From NCBI GenBank assembly GCA_965237415.1, contig CBDEFM010000001.1, forward strand, positions 480,001-544,000: a stretch of DNA of 64,000 nt, written 5' to 3'. The stretch comes from Alphaproteobacteria bacterium (GTDB lineage: Bacteria; Pseudomonadota; Alphaproteobacteria; UBA828). Made by a program: the position numbers and the translations under genes. Shown here piece after piece: positions 10,215 to 20,479 of the stretch (the first letter of the stretch is position 1; each line of letters opens with the position of its first letter). The notes beneath the pieces are model-generated. The model was not told the DNA's origin, made no database searches, and saw only the letters and a list, made by a program, of their open reading frames with translations.

Positions 10215-12662
10215 TCAGCCCCTGACGCGCTCGGATCGGGGGTCGTAGAGGGGGCGGAGGCTGGCCTTCGTGGGGTAGCGGATGCCTGCGACCTCGATCT
10301 CGTAGCGGCCGGCGGCCACGTAGTCGTCGTCCACACCCGCCGCGTTCTCCACATAGCCGAGGCCGACCGCGCCGCCGAGGGTGTGGCCGTACATGCCTGA
10401 GCGCACATAGCCCGCGATCGCATCGTCCCGCCAGATCGGCTCGTTGTGGTAGAGCAGCGGCTCGGGGTCTTCGAGGAGGAACTGCACGAGCCGCTGGCGC
10501 ACGCCTTCCTCCCGCTGGCGCAGCAGCGCATGGCGTCCGATGAAGGGCTCGGGCTTGTCGAGCTTGACGGCGAAGCCGAGGCCGGCCTCCAGAGGCGTGT
10601 CCGCATCGGTGATGTCGTGGCCGTAGTGGCGGTAGGCCCTCTCGATCCTGAGCGAGTTCATGGCGTGCATGCCGACATGGCGGAGCCCCACGTCCTCCCC
10701 GGCGTCGACCAGCGCGTCGTAGATGCCCGCCGCGAACTCGGTCGGGATGTAGAGCTCCCATCCAAGCTCGCCCACGTAGGTGATGCGCGACGCGCGGGCG
10801 CAGGCGTAGCCAAGCTCGATCTCCCGGCTGCTGCCGAAGGGAAAGGCCTCGTTACCGAGATCGTCCGGGCTCAGAGATTGCAACAGGTCGCGCGCAAGGG
10901 GGCCCATGACGCCGAGCACGGCGAGGCCCGAGGTCACATCGGTGAGTACCGCGTGCGCGCCTTCCGGGATGTGGCGCTTGAGCCAGAGGGAATCCCGCAC
11001 CTGGAACTCGCCGGAGGTCACGATCAGATAATCGTCGTCTGCGAGCCTGGTGACGGTGAGATCGGCCTCGATGCCGCCCGCATCGTTGAGCCACTGGGTG
11101 TAGACGATGCGGCCGGGCGGCACGTCCACCTCGTTGGCGGAGACCCGGCCCAGCACCCGCGCGGCGTCGCGGCCCTGGAGGCGGAACTTGGCGAAGGAGG
11201 TCTGGTCGAGAAGGCCCACCCCGTCACGCACCGCCCGGTGCTCCTCCGCCGAACAGGCAAACCAGTTCTGGCGGCCGAAGCTGTACTCGTAGCAGGGCTC
11301 CATGCCTTGCGCCGCGTACCAGTTCGGCCGCTCCCAGCCGAAGGCCTCGCCGTGGCACGCGCCGCGCGCCGCAAGGCGATCGTGAAACGGCGAGCGGCGC
11401 ACCCCCCGCGCGGTCGCGTATTGGCGGAAGGGCCAATGGTTGTCGTAGAGCAGGCCGAGGGTCTCGCTCACCCGCTCGCGCAGATACCGCCGGTTGGTCT
11501 GGAAGGGCAGGTTGCGGCGTATATCCACGTCCCACATGTCGACGAGCGGCCGTCCGGTCTTGATGCATTCGGCCAGCACCCGGCCTGCGCCGCCGGCCGA
11601 CTGGATGCCGATGGAGTTGAACCCGGCGGCGACGTAGCAGCCGGCGAGCCCGGGCGCCTCGCCGAGATGATAGCGGTCGTCGGGCGTGAAGCTCTCGGGC
11701 CCGCAGAAGAAGGTCTGGATGCCGGCGTCGGCCAGCGCCGGCATGCGCTTCAGCGCGTGCATCAGCACCGGCTCGAAGTGCTCGTAGTCGTTGGGCAGCT
11801 GGTCGAAGCAGAAATCCTCGGGGATTCCGTCCATGCCCCAGGGCTTGGCCTCCGGCTCGAAGGCGCCGAGCAGGATCTTGCCCGCGTCCTCCTTGTAATA
11901 GGCGCAGCCGTCGTAGTCGCGCAGCACGGGCAGGTCCGGCGTCACGCCCTCGAAGGGGTCCGTCATCACGTAAAAGTGCTCGCAGGCGTGGAGCGGCACG
12001 TGGACGCCGATCGTGGCCGCAAGCTCGCGCGTCCACATGCCGGCTGACAGCACCACAGTCTCCGCCGCGATGGTGCCCTCCGAAGTCTCGACGCCGGTGA
12101 CCCGCTCGCCGTCATGGGCAATGGCGGTGACGGGGACCCCCTCGCGGATCAGTGCGCCGCCGGCCCGCGCGCCCATGGCGAGCGCCCGGGTCACGTCGAT
12201 GGGGTTGGCCTGGCCGTCGGAGGGGATGAAGATCCCGCCCACCACGTCGTCGACGGCGACCAGCGGGTAGCGATCCTTGATCTCGTCCGGGCCGAGCACG
12301 TCGACACGGAGATCGAATACCTTGGCCATGGAGGCGCTGCGCTTCAGCTCCTCGAAGCGGCCCGGCGTGGTGGCGAGGGATATCGAGCCGTTCTGCTTGA
12401 ATCCGGTCGCCTGGCCCGTCTCCGCTTCGAGGCCCGTGTAGAGCTCGGCCGTGTACTTGGCGAGCTCAGTCATCCGCTTCGAGGGGCGGAGCTGGCCGAT
12501 AAGGCCCGCGGCGTGCCAGGTGGTGCCGCAGGTGAGCTCGCGGCGCTCCAGCAGCACCACGTCGGAAACACGCGCGCGAGCTAGGTGGTAGGCAACGGAA
12601 CAACCCACCACCCCGCCGCCGACGATGACGACCCGTGCCGAGCGCGGCAGGTCCTGAGCCAT
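10215..12662 (-). CDS. GcvT-family FAD-dependent oxidoreductase (dimethylglycine/sarcosine dehydrogenase-like)
   Basis: VVIVGGGVVG, GTTWHAAG, GPESFTPD, GWERP and YVGELGWELY motifs; start MAQDLP overlaps the upstream stop. Confidence 0.93.
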   Translation of the reverse strand: MAQDLPRSARVVIVGGGVVGCSVAYHLARARVSDVVLLERRELTCGTTWHAAGLIGQLRPSKRMTELAKYTAELYTGLEAETGQATGFKQNGSISLATTPGRFEELKRSASMAKVFDLRVDVLGPDEIKDRYPLVAVDDVVGGIFIPSDGQANPIDVTRALAMGARAGGALIREGVPVTAIAHDGERVTGVETSEGTIAAETVVLSAGMWTRELAATIGVHVPLHACEHFYVMTDPFEGVTPDLPVLRDYDGCAYYKEDAGKILLGAFEPEAKPWGMDGIPEDFCFDQLPNDYEHFEPVLMHALKRMPALADAGIQTFFCGPESFTPDDRYHLGEAPGLAGCYVAAGFNSIGIQSAGGAGRVLAECIKTGRPLVDMWDVDIRRNLPFQTNRRYLRERVSETLGLLYDNHWPFRQYATARGVRRSPFHDRLAARGACHGEAFGWERPNWYAAQGMEPCYEYSFGRQNWFACSAEEHRAVRDGVGLLDQTSFAKFRLQGRDAARVLGRVSANEVDVPPGRIVYTQWLNDAGGIEADLTVTRLADDDYLIVTSGEFQVRDSLWLKRHIPEGAHAVLTDVTSGLAVLGVMGPLARDLLQSLSPDDLGNEAFPFGSSREIELGYACARASRITYVGELGWELYIPTEFAAGIYDALVDAGEDVGLRHVGMHAMNSLRIERAYRHYGHDITDADTPLEAGLGFAVKLDKPEPFIGRHALLRQREEGVRQRLVQFLLEDPEPLLYHNEPIWRDDAIAGYVRSGMYGHTLGGAVGLGYVENAAGVDDDYVAAGRYEIEVAGIRYPTKASLRPLYDPRSERVRG

Positions 12663-13333
12663 CAGGAGCTCCCCGCCGCGTGTGCCGGCGCGAGTTGCCT
12701 GATCTCGCTGAGCGCCGATTCGAGGTCGCGCACCTCGGCCCAGCCGACCCGCATCATCTCGATCGCGGGCTCGTGCAGGTGCGGCAGCGTCGTCCCCGTG
12801 CACTCCTCGATCACGATGGGCTTGAAGTCGCGGAACATCGCGTCCTTCGAGGTCGCCGCGACGCATTGATTGGTGAGCACGCCTGTCATCAGCACCGTCT
12901 CCGCGCGCAAGCCCCGGAGGACCACCTCAAGATCGGTGCCGTAGAAGGCGCTGAGCCGCGTCTTCGCGACATACCAGTCGTCCGGTTGGGGGCTGAGGTC
13001 CGCCAGCACCTCCCAGCCCCAGGTCTCGCGCCTGAGGCCGCCCTCTGCAAGAAAGGGCCGGAGCTGCATGAACGGCCCGCCGTCCTCGACACCCCTGATG
13101 CCGTGGCGGGTCCAGACGATGGGGATTCCCTTCGTTCGCGCAGCCGCAAGCAGAGCCTTCAGCGGCTCGATGCAGCGCTGCATGTGGCCGATGTCGATGC
13201 CCTGCGCCGCATACCAGCCGTCTGGATGGAGAAAGTCGTTCTGCGCGTCGATTACGACGAGCGCCGTGCCCCCCGGCACCAGGTCCCAGTGCGCCGCCTC
13301 GAAGGGGGCGGCCTGCCTCTCTTCTCCCGTCAT
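12662..13333 (-). CDS. isochorismatase family cysteine hydrolase
   Basis: ALVVIDAQNDF, KTRLSAFYGT and GVLTNQCV motifs. Confidence 0.9.
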   Translation of the reverse strand: MTGEERQAAPFEAAHWDLVPGGTALVVIDAQNDFLHPDGWYAAQGIDIGHMQRCIEPLKALLAAARTKGIPIVWTRHGIRGVEDGGPFMQLRPFLAEGGLRRETWGWEVLADLSPQPDDWYVAKTRLSAFYGTDLEVVLRGLRAETVLMTGVLTNQCVAATSKDAMFRDFKPIVIEECTGTTLPHLHEPAIEMMRVGWAEVRDLESALSEIRQLAPAHAAGSS

Positions 13334-13470
13334 CGCGTGCCTTTCCGCCGCCTCTGCGCCGTCCGCTGCTGGGAGCGTATCACCCGGCTACGCAAAGTTT
13401 GAGAGCGCCCCCGACTCGTGACAGCGGCTTCACGTGTCAGTGCCCGCGAAATGGCGTATTCCCGGTCTCC

Positions 13471-14703
13471 ATGAGCGGAGGCAGAAGCGGCACAGGCGCA
13501 GGCAGCGGCGCGGGGCGGGAACCCGCGGCGCGCGTCTTCATGGCCTTTCTCCTGCTGGGGCTCACCTCGTTCGGCGGGCCGGTGGCGCACATCGGCTATT
13601 TTCGCGAGGCCTTCGTCACGCGCCGGCGCTGGATCGAGGACCGCGCCTATGCGGACCTCGTCGCGCTTTGCCAGATGCTGCCGGGGCCGACCTCCAGCCA
13701 GGTGGGCATCGGCATCGGGCTCGCGAAGGCGGGGCTTCCCGGCGCCGCAGCAGCGTGGGTGGGCTTCACGCTGCCTTCGGCGGCGCTCATGGTGGCCTTC
13801 GGTTACGGCGTCGTGGCCTATGAGGAGGCGATCCCCGCAGGCGCCCTGCAGGGGTTGAAGGTCGTCGCCGCGGCGGTGGTGGCGCAGGCGGTGTGGGGCA
13901 TGGCGCGGACGCTCTGCCCCGACGCACCGCGCGCGACGGTGGCCGTGCTCGCCGCCATCGCCGCCGTGCTGGCGCCCTCCGTCGTGACCCATGTCGCGAT
14001 CATCGCCGCAGGCGCGCTGGCCGGCCTGCTCTTCCTGCGCCCGGCCGAGAGCGCCCATGACGCCTCCCTCGGGATCGCGGTGGACAGGCGGCTCGCCGTG
14101 CTGCTGCTCGCTCTCTTCCTCGCGCTGCTCGTCGCGCTCCCGATCTTGGCCGCCGCCTGGCCGGCGGAGGCGCTGAGCCTGGTGGACGGCTTCTATCGCT
14201 CCGCGTCCCTGGTCTTCGGCGGCGGTCACGTCGTGCTACCGCTGTTGCAGGCGGAGGTGGTGCCGCCCGGTTGGGTCGCGAACGAGACCTTCATCGCAGG
14301 CTACGGTGCCGCGCAGGCGGTGCCGGGGCCGCTCTTCACCTTCGCCGCCTACCTCGGTGCAGTGGCGGGCATCGGGCCGGGCGGCGTGCTGGGCGGCCTG
14401 CTCTGCCTGGCCGCAGTCTTCGCGCCCTCGTTCCTCCTGGTGGTGGGCGCGCTTCCCTTCTGGGAGCGGCTGCGGCGCATTGCGCTGGCCGACCGTGCGA
14501 TGCTGGGCGTTAACGCGGCGGTCGTGGGTCTGCTCGGCGCCGCCTTCTACGACCCGATCTGGATTAGCGGCATCCGCACGCCACCAGACCTCGCGCTCGG
14601 GCTCGCGGCATTCGTGCTGCTCGCCTTCTGGAAGGTGCCGCCCTGGGCCGTGGTGATTCTGGGCGCGCTCGCGGGCTGGGGGATCGGTGCGCTCCAAGGC
14701 TGA
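13471..14703 (+). CDS. chrA: chromate efflux transporter
   Basis: GLTSFGGP, LPGPTSSQ, VFGGGHVVLP and QAVPGP duplicated CHR motifs. Confidence 0.92.
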   Translation: MSGGRSGTGAGSGAGREPAARVFMAFLLLGLTSFGGPVAHIGYFREAFVTRRRWIEDRAYADLVALCQMLPGPTSSQVGIGIGLAKAGLPGAAAAWVGFTLPSAALMVAFGYGVVAYEEAIPAGALQGLKVVAAAVVAQAVWGMARTLCPDAPRATVAVLAAIAAVLAPSVVTHVAIIAAGALAGLLFLRPAESAHDASLGIAVDRRLAVLLLALFLALLVALPILAAAWPAEALSLVDGFYRSASLVFGGGHVVLPLLQAEVVPPGWVANETFIAGYGAAQAVPGPLFTFAAYLGAVAGIGPGGVLGGLLCLAAVFAPSFLLVVGALPFWERLRRIALADRAMLGVNAAVVGLLGAAFYDPIWISGIRTPPDLALGLAAFVLLAFWKVPPWAVVILGALAGWGIGALQG

Positions 14704-16018
14704 ACCGCCGACCGCGGCAAGCGGTCCGCCGCGCGGGCTCGATCCGCTCATCGCGGTCATCGTCTGCTTCGGCGCGGTGTTCGTCCTGAGCCAGTTCTTC
14801 CGTGCGTCCAATGCCGTGATCGCCAAGACGCTGAGCGCGGAATTCGGCCTCTCGCCCGAGGCCCTCGGGCTGCTCACCGGCATGTTCTTCTTCGCCTTCG
14901 GCGCGGCGCAGATTCCATTGGGCATACTCTTCGACCGCTTCGGCGCACGACGAACGGTGCCCGTCGTGCTCACCGCCGCAATCGCGGGCTCGATCCTTTA
15001 CGGCCTCGCGGACGGAGAGGCGATGCTGATCGCGGGCCGCGTGCTGCTCGGCGTCGGCTGTTCGGGCGTGCTCATGGGCTCGCTCTTCCTCTTCGGCCAG
15101 TGGGCGCCCGCGGCCTCCTTCAGCACCTGGATGGGGCGGATGATCGCCATCGGCGGCGCCGGGGGGCTCCTCTCCACCACACCGCTCGCCGCAATCGCGG
15201 AAACGCTCGGCTGGCGCGTGGCCTTTTGGGGCGCGGCGGGGCTGACGGCGGCGGGCGCCATCGCCATCTACGCGCTGGCGCGGGACCGCCCCTCATCGGA
15301 GAGGGGCGGCGCGATCCCTGCCGAAGGGCTGCGCCAGAGCCTGAGCGGGGTCCGCGCCGCTCTCGCGACACCGGGGTTCCCGACGCTCACCCTGATGGGG
15401 TTTGCGTCCTATCCGGTGGTCATCACCGTGCTGGGCCTCTGGGGCGGACCCTTTCTCGCGGACCGTCACGGCCTTGGTCCGATCGATGCCGGCAACGCCC
15501 TGCTGGTCATGGCGGTCGCGCTGATCGTCACCAATCTCCTGCTCGGGCCGATCGAACGCCGGCTCGATACGCGCAAGGGGATCATTCTTGGTTGCGCTGC
15601 CCCCGTCGCCGGAGCGCTCGCGATGCTCGCCGCGCTGCCGGACCTCGCGACCTGGGCGGTGGTCCTTCTCTTCGCCGTGATCGGCGCCTGCGGCTCCTAC
15701 AACATTCTGCTGGCGGGCCACGCGCGCTCGCTGCTGCCCGACCGGCTCGCCGGGCGCGGCATGGCGCTCATGGCGATCGCCTTCATGGGCGGGCCGGCGG
15801 TGCTGCAGGCGCTGGGCGGAGTCATCGTCGGCGCCTTTCCCGCGACGGACGGCGTGGCGCCGGCCATCGCCTACCAGGCGCTCTTCGCCTTCCTCGCGGC
15901 CCTGGTTGCGCTGGCGTGCCTCGCCTACCTGCGAATTCCGGACGCGAAGCCGAGCGCGGGCTTCGCCGCAGATGTCAGGCACCCCTCTGACGAGCGGCCA
16001 ACGCCAGGCCCATCGTGA
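14687..16018 (+). CDS. MFS transporter
   Basis: Many hydrophobic segments; motif A GILFDRFGARR. Confidence 0.88.
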   Translation: MRSKAEPPTAASGPPRGLDPLIAVIVCFGAVFVLSQFFRASNAVIAKTLSAEFGLSPEALGLLTGMFFFAFGAAQIPLGILFDRFGARRTVPVVLTAAIAGSILYGLADGEAMLIAGRVLLGVGCSGVLMGSLFLFGQWAPAASFSTWMGRMIAIGGAGGLLSTTPLAAIAETLGWRVAFWGAAGLTAAGAIAIYALARDRPSSERGGAIPAEGLRQSLSGVRAALATPGFPTLTLMGFASYPVVITVLGLWGGPFLADRHGLGPIDAGNALLVMAVALIVTNLLLGPIERRLDTRKGIILGCAAPVAGALAMLAALPDLATWAVVLLFAVIGACGSYNILLAGHARSLLPDRLAGRGMALMAIAFMGGPAVLQALGGVIVGAFPATDGVAPAIAYQALFAFLAALVALACLAYLRIPDAKPSAGFAADVRHPSDERPTPGPS

Positions 16019-16028
16019 ACCAGCCGGC

Positions 16029-17171
16029 TCAGCGCACCTCGTCGATGACGGCGGCGAGTGCCTCCAAGGAGCTCCGCCCGAGGCGGTGGCAGCGCGCTGG
16101 CGACCAGCCGTCGCGGGGATCGGGCGCGTTGGCCGCGTCCTTGAAGGGCATTTCCAGGGTCATGGCGAGGCAGCCGTAGGTCTCCGCCACATGATTGGCG
16201 CAGATGCGGAGGTTGGCTTTGCCGGGCGGCGTTGGCGAATAGCCGTACTTGGTCTGGAAATCCGGGTTCGCCGCCACGAGCGCGGCCTGAAAGCGCGCTA
16301 GCTTCTGCGCCAGCGCGTCGGTGTAGGACGGGATTCCCTCGGGCCCGGCGATGAAGTTGTAGGGCAAGGCCTCGTCGCCGTGGACATCGAGACAGAAATC
16401 GACACCGGTCCGCGCCATCTCCGCGCTGACCAGGAACACCTCCGGGCTCTGCTCCATGCTGGGCGCGGCCCAGGCGCGATTGAGGTTGACGCCCGCCGCG
16501 TTGGTCCTGAGATGCCCGCGGCGGCTGCCGTCGGGGTTCATGTTGGGCACCACGTAGAACCGCGCCTTCTCGAGCAGCGCGCGGGCGAGCGGATCGGCGG
16601 GGTCCAGCACCCGTTCGAGAAAACCCTCCATCCACCATTCGGCCATGGTCTCGCCGGGATGCTGGCGCCCGATGATCCAGCAGGTCCGCGCCCGTGCCCC
16701 GCCGATCTCCAGCAGGTCGAGCGGCGCGCCGTCGAGGGTTTGGCCTAGCCGCCGCGCGGTGACGAGAGACGAGCGGCCTGCGCGCGCGATAAGCTCGGCA
16801 TGGCGCGCCATCGGGTAGGGGGCGAAGTAGGCGAAGCGCACCTCGTCGCCGACGGGCCTGTGGCGGATCGTCAGCACCTTGCCGTCGTAGTCGGTCGCGA
16901 CGCGGGGCCAGTCCTCGCCGTCCTCCGAGGCGCAGGCGCGGTAATCCCGCCAGCCGTCCGGGTAGGTGGCGCCGCCGGCGTTCTCGATCCTGAGCACGCA
17001 GTCCTTGCCCGCGGCGCCGCGCACGCTGAAGTAGAACCACTGGAAGAACTCGCCGCCAGCGTCGGGCACGATCTCCAGCCTGATCCTGTCGGGCGCCCGA
17101 GCCGCGAGGCAGCGGATGTTGCCGTCGTCGAAATCGCTGTCGATGGTGAGGCTCAAGGCCGACCCCACCAT
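16029..17171 (-). CDS. M14 family zinc carboxypeptidase (cytosolic type)
   Basis: RQHPGE, NPDG, NLNR, DVHGDE and TLEMPFKD motifs. Confidence 0.92.
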   Translation of the reverse strand: MVGSALSLTIDSDFDDGNIRCLAARAPDRIRLEIVPDAGGEFFQWFYFSVRGAAGKDCVLRIENAGGATYPDGWRDYRACASEDGEDWPRVATDYDGKVLTIRHRPVGDEVRFAYFAPYPMARHAELIARAGRSSLVTARRLGQTLDGAPLDLLEIGGARARTCWIIGRQHPGETMAEWWMEGFLERVLDPADPLARALLEKARFYVVPNMNPDGSRRGHLRTNAAGVNLNRAWAAPSMEQSPEVFLVSAEMARTGVDFCLDVHGDEALPYNFIAGPEGIPSYTDALAQKLARFQAALVAANPDFQTKYGYSPTPPGKANLRICANHVAETYGCLAMTLEMPFKDAANAPDPRDGWSPARCHRLGRSSLEALAAVIDEVR

Positions 17172-17180
17172 CCGCTCGCG

Positions 17181-18464
17181 TCAGGTCGCATAGTTGGACG
17201 CACCGGGCTTGGCCGCCGTGAGGCCGCCGCGCCGCACGTCCGCCGCGACCTCGGCGAGGTCGACGAGGTAGGCGTCGATGCTCTCGGCGTGCTTCATGTT
17301 GATCCAGAGCAGGATCGAATCCGGCTCGCGCATGCGGATCGAGCGCCAGCCGCGCGCCGCCATCCCCTCCTCCACCGCGAAGATGTCGAAGCCCTCTGCA
17401 TAGAAGGTGACGTGGAGCGCGTGCGGGCGGCCGAGCACCGCAAGGCCCTCGATGGCGCCGATGCCCTCGATCAGGCGCTCACGGATGCGCCGCTGGGCCT
17501 CATGGATGCGGAGGTAGCCCTCCTCCCCCAGATGGGTCATCACAGCCCAGGCGCTTGCAACCCCGCCGCCCGAGCGGGTGCCGGTGATGGTGGGCGTCGA
17601 ATAGGTGCCGGCGGGCCAGCCGTCGAAAGTCGTGCGGTGGTAGCGCTCCAGCGCCCTATCGCGCAGCAGGCAGAGGGAGATGCCCTTATGAGCATAGCCG
17701 AACTTGTGCATGTCCACCGACATCGAGGTGACGCCGGGGACGGCGAAGTCGAACGGCGGGATCGCATCGCCCAGCGCCTTCATGAAGGGCAGGATCATGC
17801 CCCCGATGCAGCCGTCGGAATGCATCCAGAGGTCGTGCTCTCGAGCGAGCTGCGCGATCTCCTCGATGGGGTCGGTCTCGCCGTAGGGATAGGGCGGCGC
17901 GGAGCCCGCGATCATGACCGTGTTCTCGCCGATGGCATCGGCCATGCCGGCCACGTCTGCGCGCCAACCCTCGCTCCGGCCCATGCGCACGACCTTCATG
18001 CCGAGCCATTCCGCGCCCTTGTCGAAGGCGGCATGGGCGGTCTTCGGCACCACGACCTCGGGTGCGCCTGAAACCGGGCGATGCTCCCGCGCCCAGTCGC
18101 GCGCGGCCTTCATCGCCATGAGGATGCTCTCGGTGCCGCCGGCGGTGGTGGACCCGCCGGCGCCGTCGGGCGCGTGCAGGAGGTCGAGCACGCCCTCGAT
18201 CAGTTCGCGCTCGCGTGCGGCCAGGCTCGGATAGGCGCTCGCGGCGAAGAGGCCGTTCTCGTCCCGGTAAGCGTCGTAGGCCTCGTGCGCACAGCGCAGC
18301 ACATCCTCGCCGGCGAAGTAGGCGGCGGTGAAGCTCCGTTCGTGGCACCAGGGGTTGTCGCTCTCGCGGGCCGCCAGAATCTCGGCCTTGAGATCGTCCC
18401 AGGTCCGGCCCGTGGTGGGGAAGCCCCGGTTGCGGCGTTGCCCCGTCTCCGCTTTGAGTGCCAT
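17181..18464 (-). CDS. PLP-dependent decarboxylase / sphingosine-1-phosphate lyase-like
   Basis: GGTESI, TAHAAFDK, HSDGCIGG and SVDMHKFG (PLP lysine); start MALKAE after GGAGG. Confidence 0.85.
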   Translation of the reverse strand: MALKAETGQRRNRGFPTTGRTWDDLKAEILAARESDNPWCHERSFTAAYFAGEDVLRCAHEAYDAYRDENGLFAASAYPSLAARERELIEGVLDLLHAPDGAGGSTTAGGTESILMAMKAARDWAREHRPVSGAPEVVVPKTAHAAFDKGAEWLGMKVVRMGRSEGWRADVAGMADAIGENTVMIAGSAPPYPYGETDPIEEIAQLAREHDLWMHSDGCIGGMILPFMKALGDAIPPFDFAVPGVTSMSVDMHKFGYAHKGISLCLLRDRALERYHRTTFDGWPAGTYSTPTITGTRSGGGVASAWAVMTHLGEEGYLRIHEAQRRIRERLIEGIGAIEGLAVLGRPHALHVTFYAEGFDIFAVEEGMAARGWRSIRMREPDSILLWINMKHAESIDAYLVDLAEVAADVRRGGLTAAKPGASNYAT

Positions 18465-18703
18465 CGCCTCCTCCCGCCGCGCGGCGTGACGCCGGACGCC
18501 GCAGCCACGCCGCGTTCCGCCCCGGAGACATAGCAGATCGGAGGCCGGATGGAACGGTGGAGACACGCCGCCGCTGCGGTCTCGCCCCGTCGATGGGTTA
18601 CCGACCTCAACGCGCTGCCGGTCTTGCCGTAGCAGGCGATACGCTCTCAAACTCATCGCATCCCACGCGTTGGCGACCTTGAGGTTAGAAGGACCCTGGT
18701 TCG

Positions 18704-19333
18704 GTGCACAGCAATCCTGCCTTCCGGCGAGTCTCCCGGGACCGCAACTTGAGGTTCGCAGCGCAACGAGGGTTCGGCGTCCTGGCCATCGACGGCGCCG
18801 GCCTTCTTGTCAGCCACATTCCATTCGTTCTGGCCGAAGACGGCGCGGCGGTTCATGCCCATCTCGTTCGTTCGAATCCGATCGCGCGCCACTTGCGTGC
18901 GGAGGAACGGGCAGCCGTGCTCGCGGTCAGTGGACCGGACAGCTACATCTCACCGGACTGGTACGGGACCGGTACGGCGGATCAGGTTCCGACATGGAAC
19001 TATGTGGCCGTGCATATCCGGGGCACGCTCCAACGCCGCGCGGATGAGACGCTCCGCGCCCACCTGGACTCGCTGTCGGCGCGCTTCGAGAACGAGCTTC
19101 GGCCCAAGCCTCCGTGGATGCCATCGAAGGTGTCGCCAGACCAGCTTGGCAAGCTGATGCGCTCGATCATGCCGGTCGAGCTCTCCGTGGAGAGCGTGGA
19201 CGGCACCTGGAAGCTCAATCAGAACAAGGAAGAGAGCGTTCGTCTGCGGGCCGCACGGCATGTCGAGAGCGAAGGCTACGGGCAAGAAGCCGCTTCACTC
19301 GCCCTCCTGATGCGGAGCCCGCCAGACAGTTGA
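18704..19333 (+). CDS. FMN-binding negative transcriptional regulator (PaiB family)
   Basis: SHIPF, GPDSYISPDWY, VPTWNY and KLNQN motifs. Confidence 0.88.
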   Translation: MHSNPAFRRVSRDRNLRFAAQRGFGVLAIDGAGLLVSHIPFVLAEDGAAVHAHLVRSNPIARHLRAEERAAVLAVSGPDSYISPDWYGTGTADQVPTWNYVAVHIRGTLQRRADETLRAHLDSLSARFENELRPKPPWMPSKVSPDQLGKLMRSIMPVELSVESVDGTWKLNQNKEESVRLRAARHVESEGYGQEAASLALLMRSPPDS

Positions 19334-19346
19334 CCTACCGCTTTCT

Positions 19347-19841
19347 CTACTGAGTATTAGCGATGTCCGCACTGACCGTACCGCCGGTGAGGCGTTCCAG
19401 CTCACCCAGGGTGGTAGCGAAAACGCAGTGCGGGTGGCCGGCGGCGGCGTAGACGGTCTCGAAGCGCCCAAGACTCGCGTCGATCGCGACAGGCAGCTTC
19501 GTCTCGTGCGCCACTGGGGCCACGCCGCCAATGGCGAAGCCCGTGGCGTCGCGCACGGCATCGGCATCGGCGCGGCGGACGCGGCCTTCGCGCCCCAGCG
19601 CACCGGCCAGCGCGGCCGTGTCGCAGCGGCGGTCGCCCGCGACCAGCGCCATCACCGGCGCCCCGCCTATGGTGAAGACCAGCGACTTCACGATGCTGCC
19701 CAAGGGCGTGCCGATACTCTGCGCCGCGTCCTCGGCACTCCGCGCGGTGCTGCTGAGGGCGATCACCTGCGCGTCCGACCCGGCGGCGGCGAGCGCCGCC
19801 TGCACCCGGCGCACCGCCGGATGGGCGAGCGGGTCCGCCAT
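19347..19841 (-). CDS. YbaK/EbsC family aminoacyl-tRNA editing protein
   Basis: IVKSLVF, TGFAIGGVAP and AAAG motifs. Confidence 0.9.
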   Translation of the reverse strand: MADPLAHPAVRRVQAALAAAGSDAQVIALSSTARSAEDAAQSIGTPLGSIVKSLVFTIGGAPVMALVAGDRRCDTAALAGALGREGRVRRADADAVRDATGFAIGGVAPVAHETKLPVAIDASLGRFETVYAAAGHPHCVFATTLGELERLTGGTVSADIANTQ

Positions 19842-19851
19842 GTTCAGCCCC

Positions 19852-20469
19852 CTATTGCGGGACCTTGACGCCCCGCTGCACAGCCGGCCGCGCGCCGATG
19901 GTCTCGAACCAACGCTGCAGGTTCGGGTAGTCGGCCCAGTCGATGCCGTGCCACTCCCACCGCCCGACCCAGCCGAAGCAGGCGATGTCGGCGATGGAAT
20001 AGTCGCCGGCGAGGAAGTCGCGCTCCGCCAGCCGGCGATCCATCACGCCGTAGAGCCTGTGCGCCTCGGCGGTGTAGCGCTCGATGGCGTAAGGCACCTC
20101 CACCTTGGCGAAGCGGCGAAAATGGTTGGCCTGGCCGAACATCGGGCCGACGCCCCCCATCTGGAACATGAGCCACTCCATCACCCGCCAGCGGCCGCGC
20201 TCGTCAGCGGGGATCAGCTGGCCGGTCTTGTCGGCGAGATAGAGCAGGATCGCGCCCGATTCGAAGAGCGAGATCGGCTCGCCGTCCGGCCCGTCGGAAT
20301 CGACGATCGCCGGGATCTTGTTGTTCGGGCTGATCTTGAGGAATGCGGGCTCGAACTGCTCGTCTGCCCCGATGTTGACGGGATGGGTCCGGTAGGGGAG
20401 CCCGACCTCCTCCAGCATGATCGAGGCCTTGACCCCGTTCGGCGTGCCCCAGGTATAGAGGTCGATCAT
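19852..20469 (-). CDS. glutathione S-transferase (YfcG-like)
   Basis: TPNG, SPNNKIPAI and FESGAIL motifs. Confidence 0.92.
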   Translation of the reverse strand: MIDLYTWGTPNGVKASIMLEEVGLPYRTHPVNIGADEQFEPAFLKISPNNKIPAIVDSDGPDGEPISLFESGAILLYLADKTGQLIPADERGRWRVMEWLMFQMGGVGPMFGQANHFRRFAKVEVPYAIERYTAEAHRLYGVMDRRLAERDFLAGDYSIADIACFGWVGRWEWHGIDWADYPNLQRWFETIGARPAVQRGVKVPQ

Positions 20470-20479
20470 TGCCTCTCTC

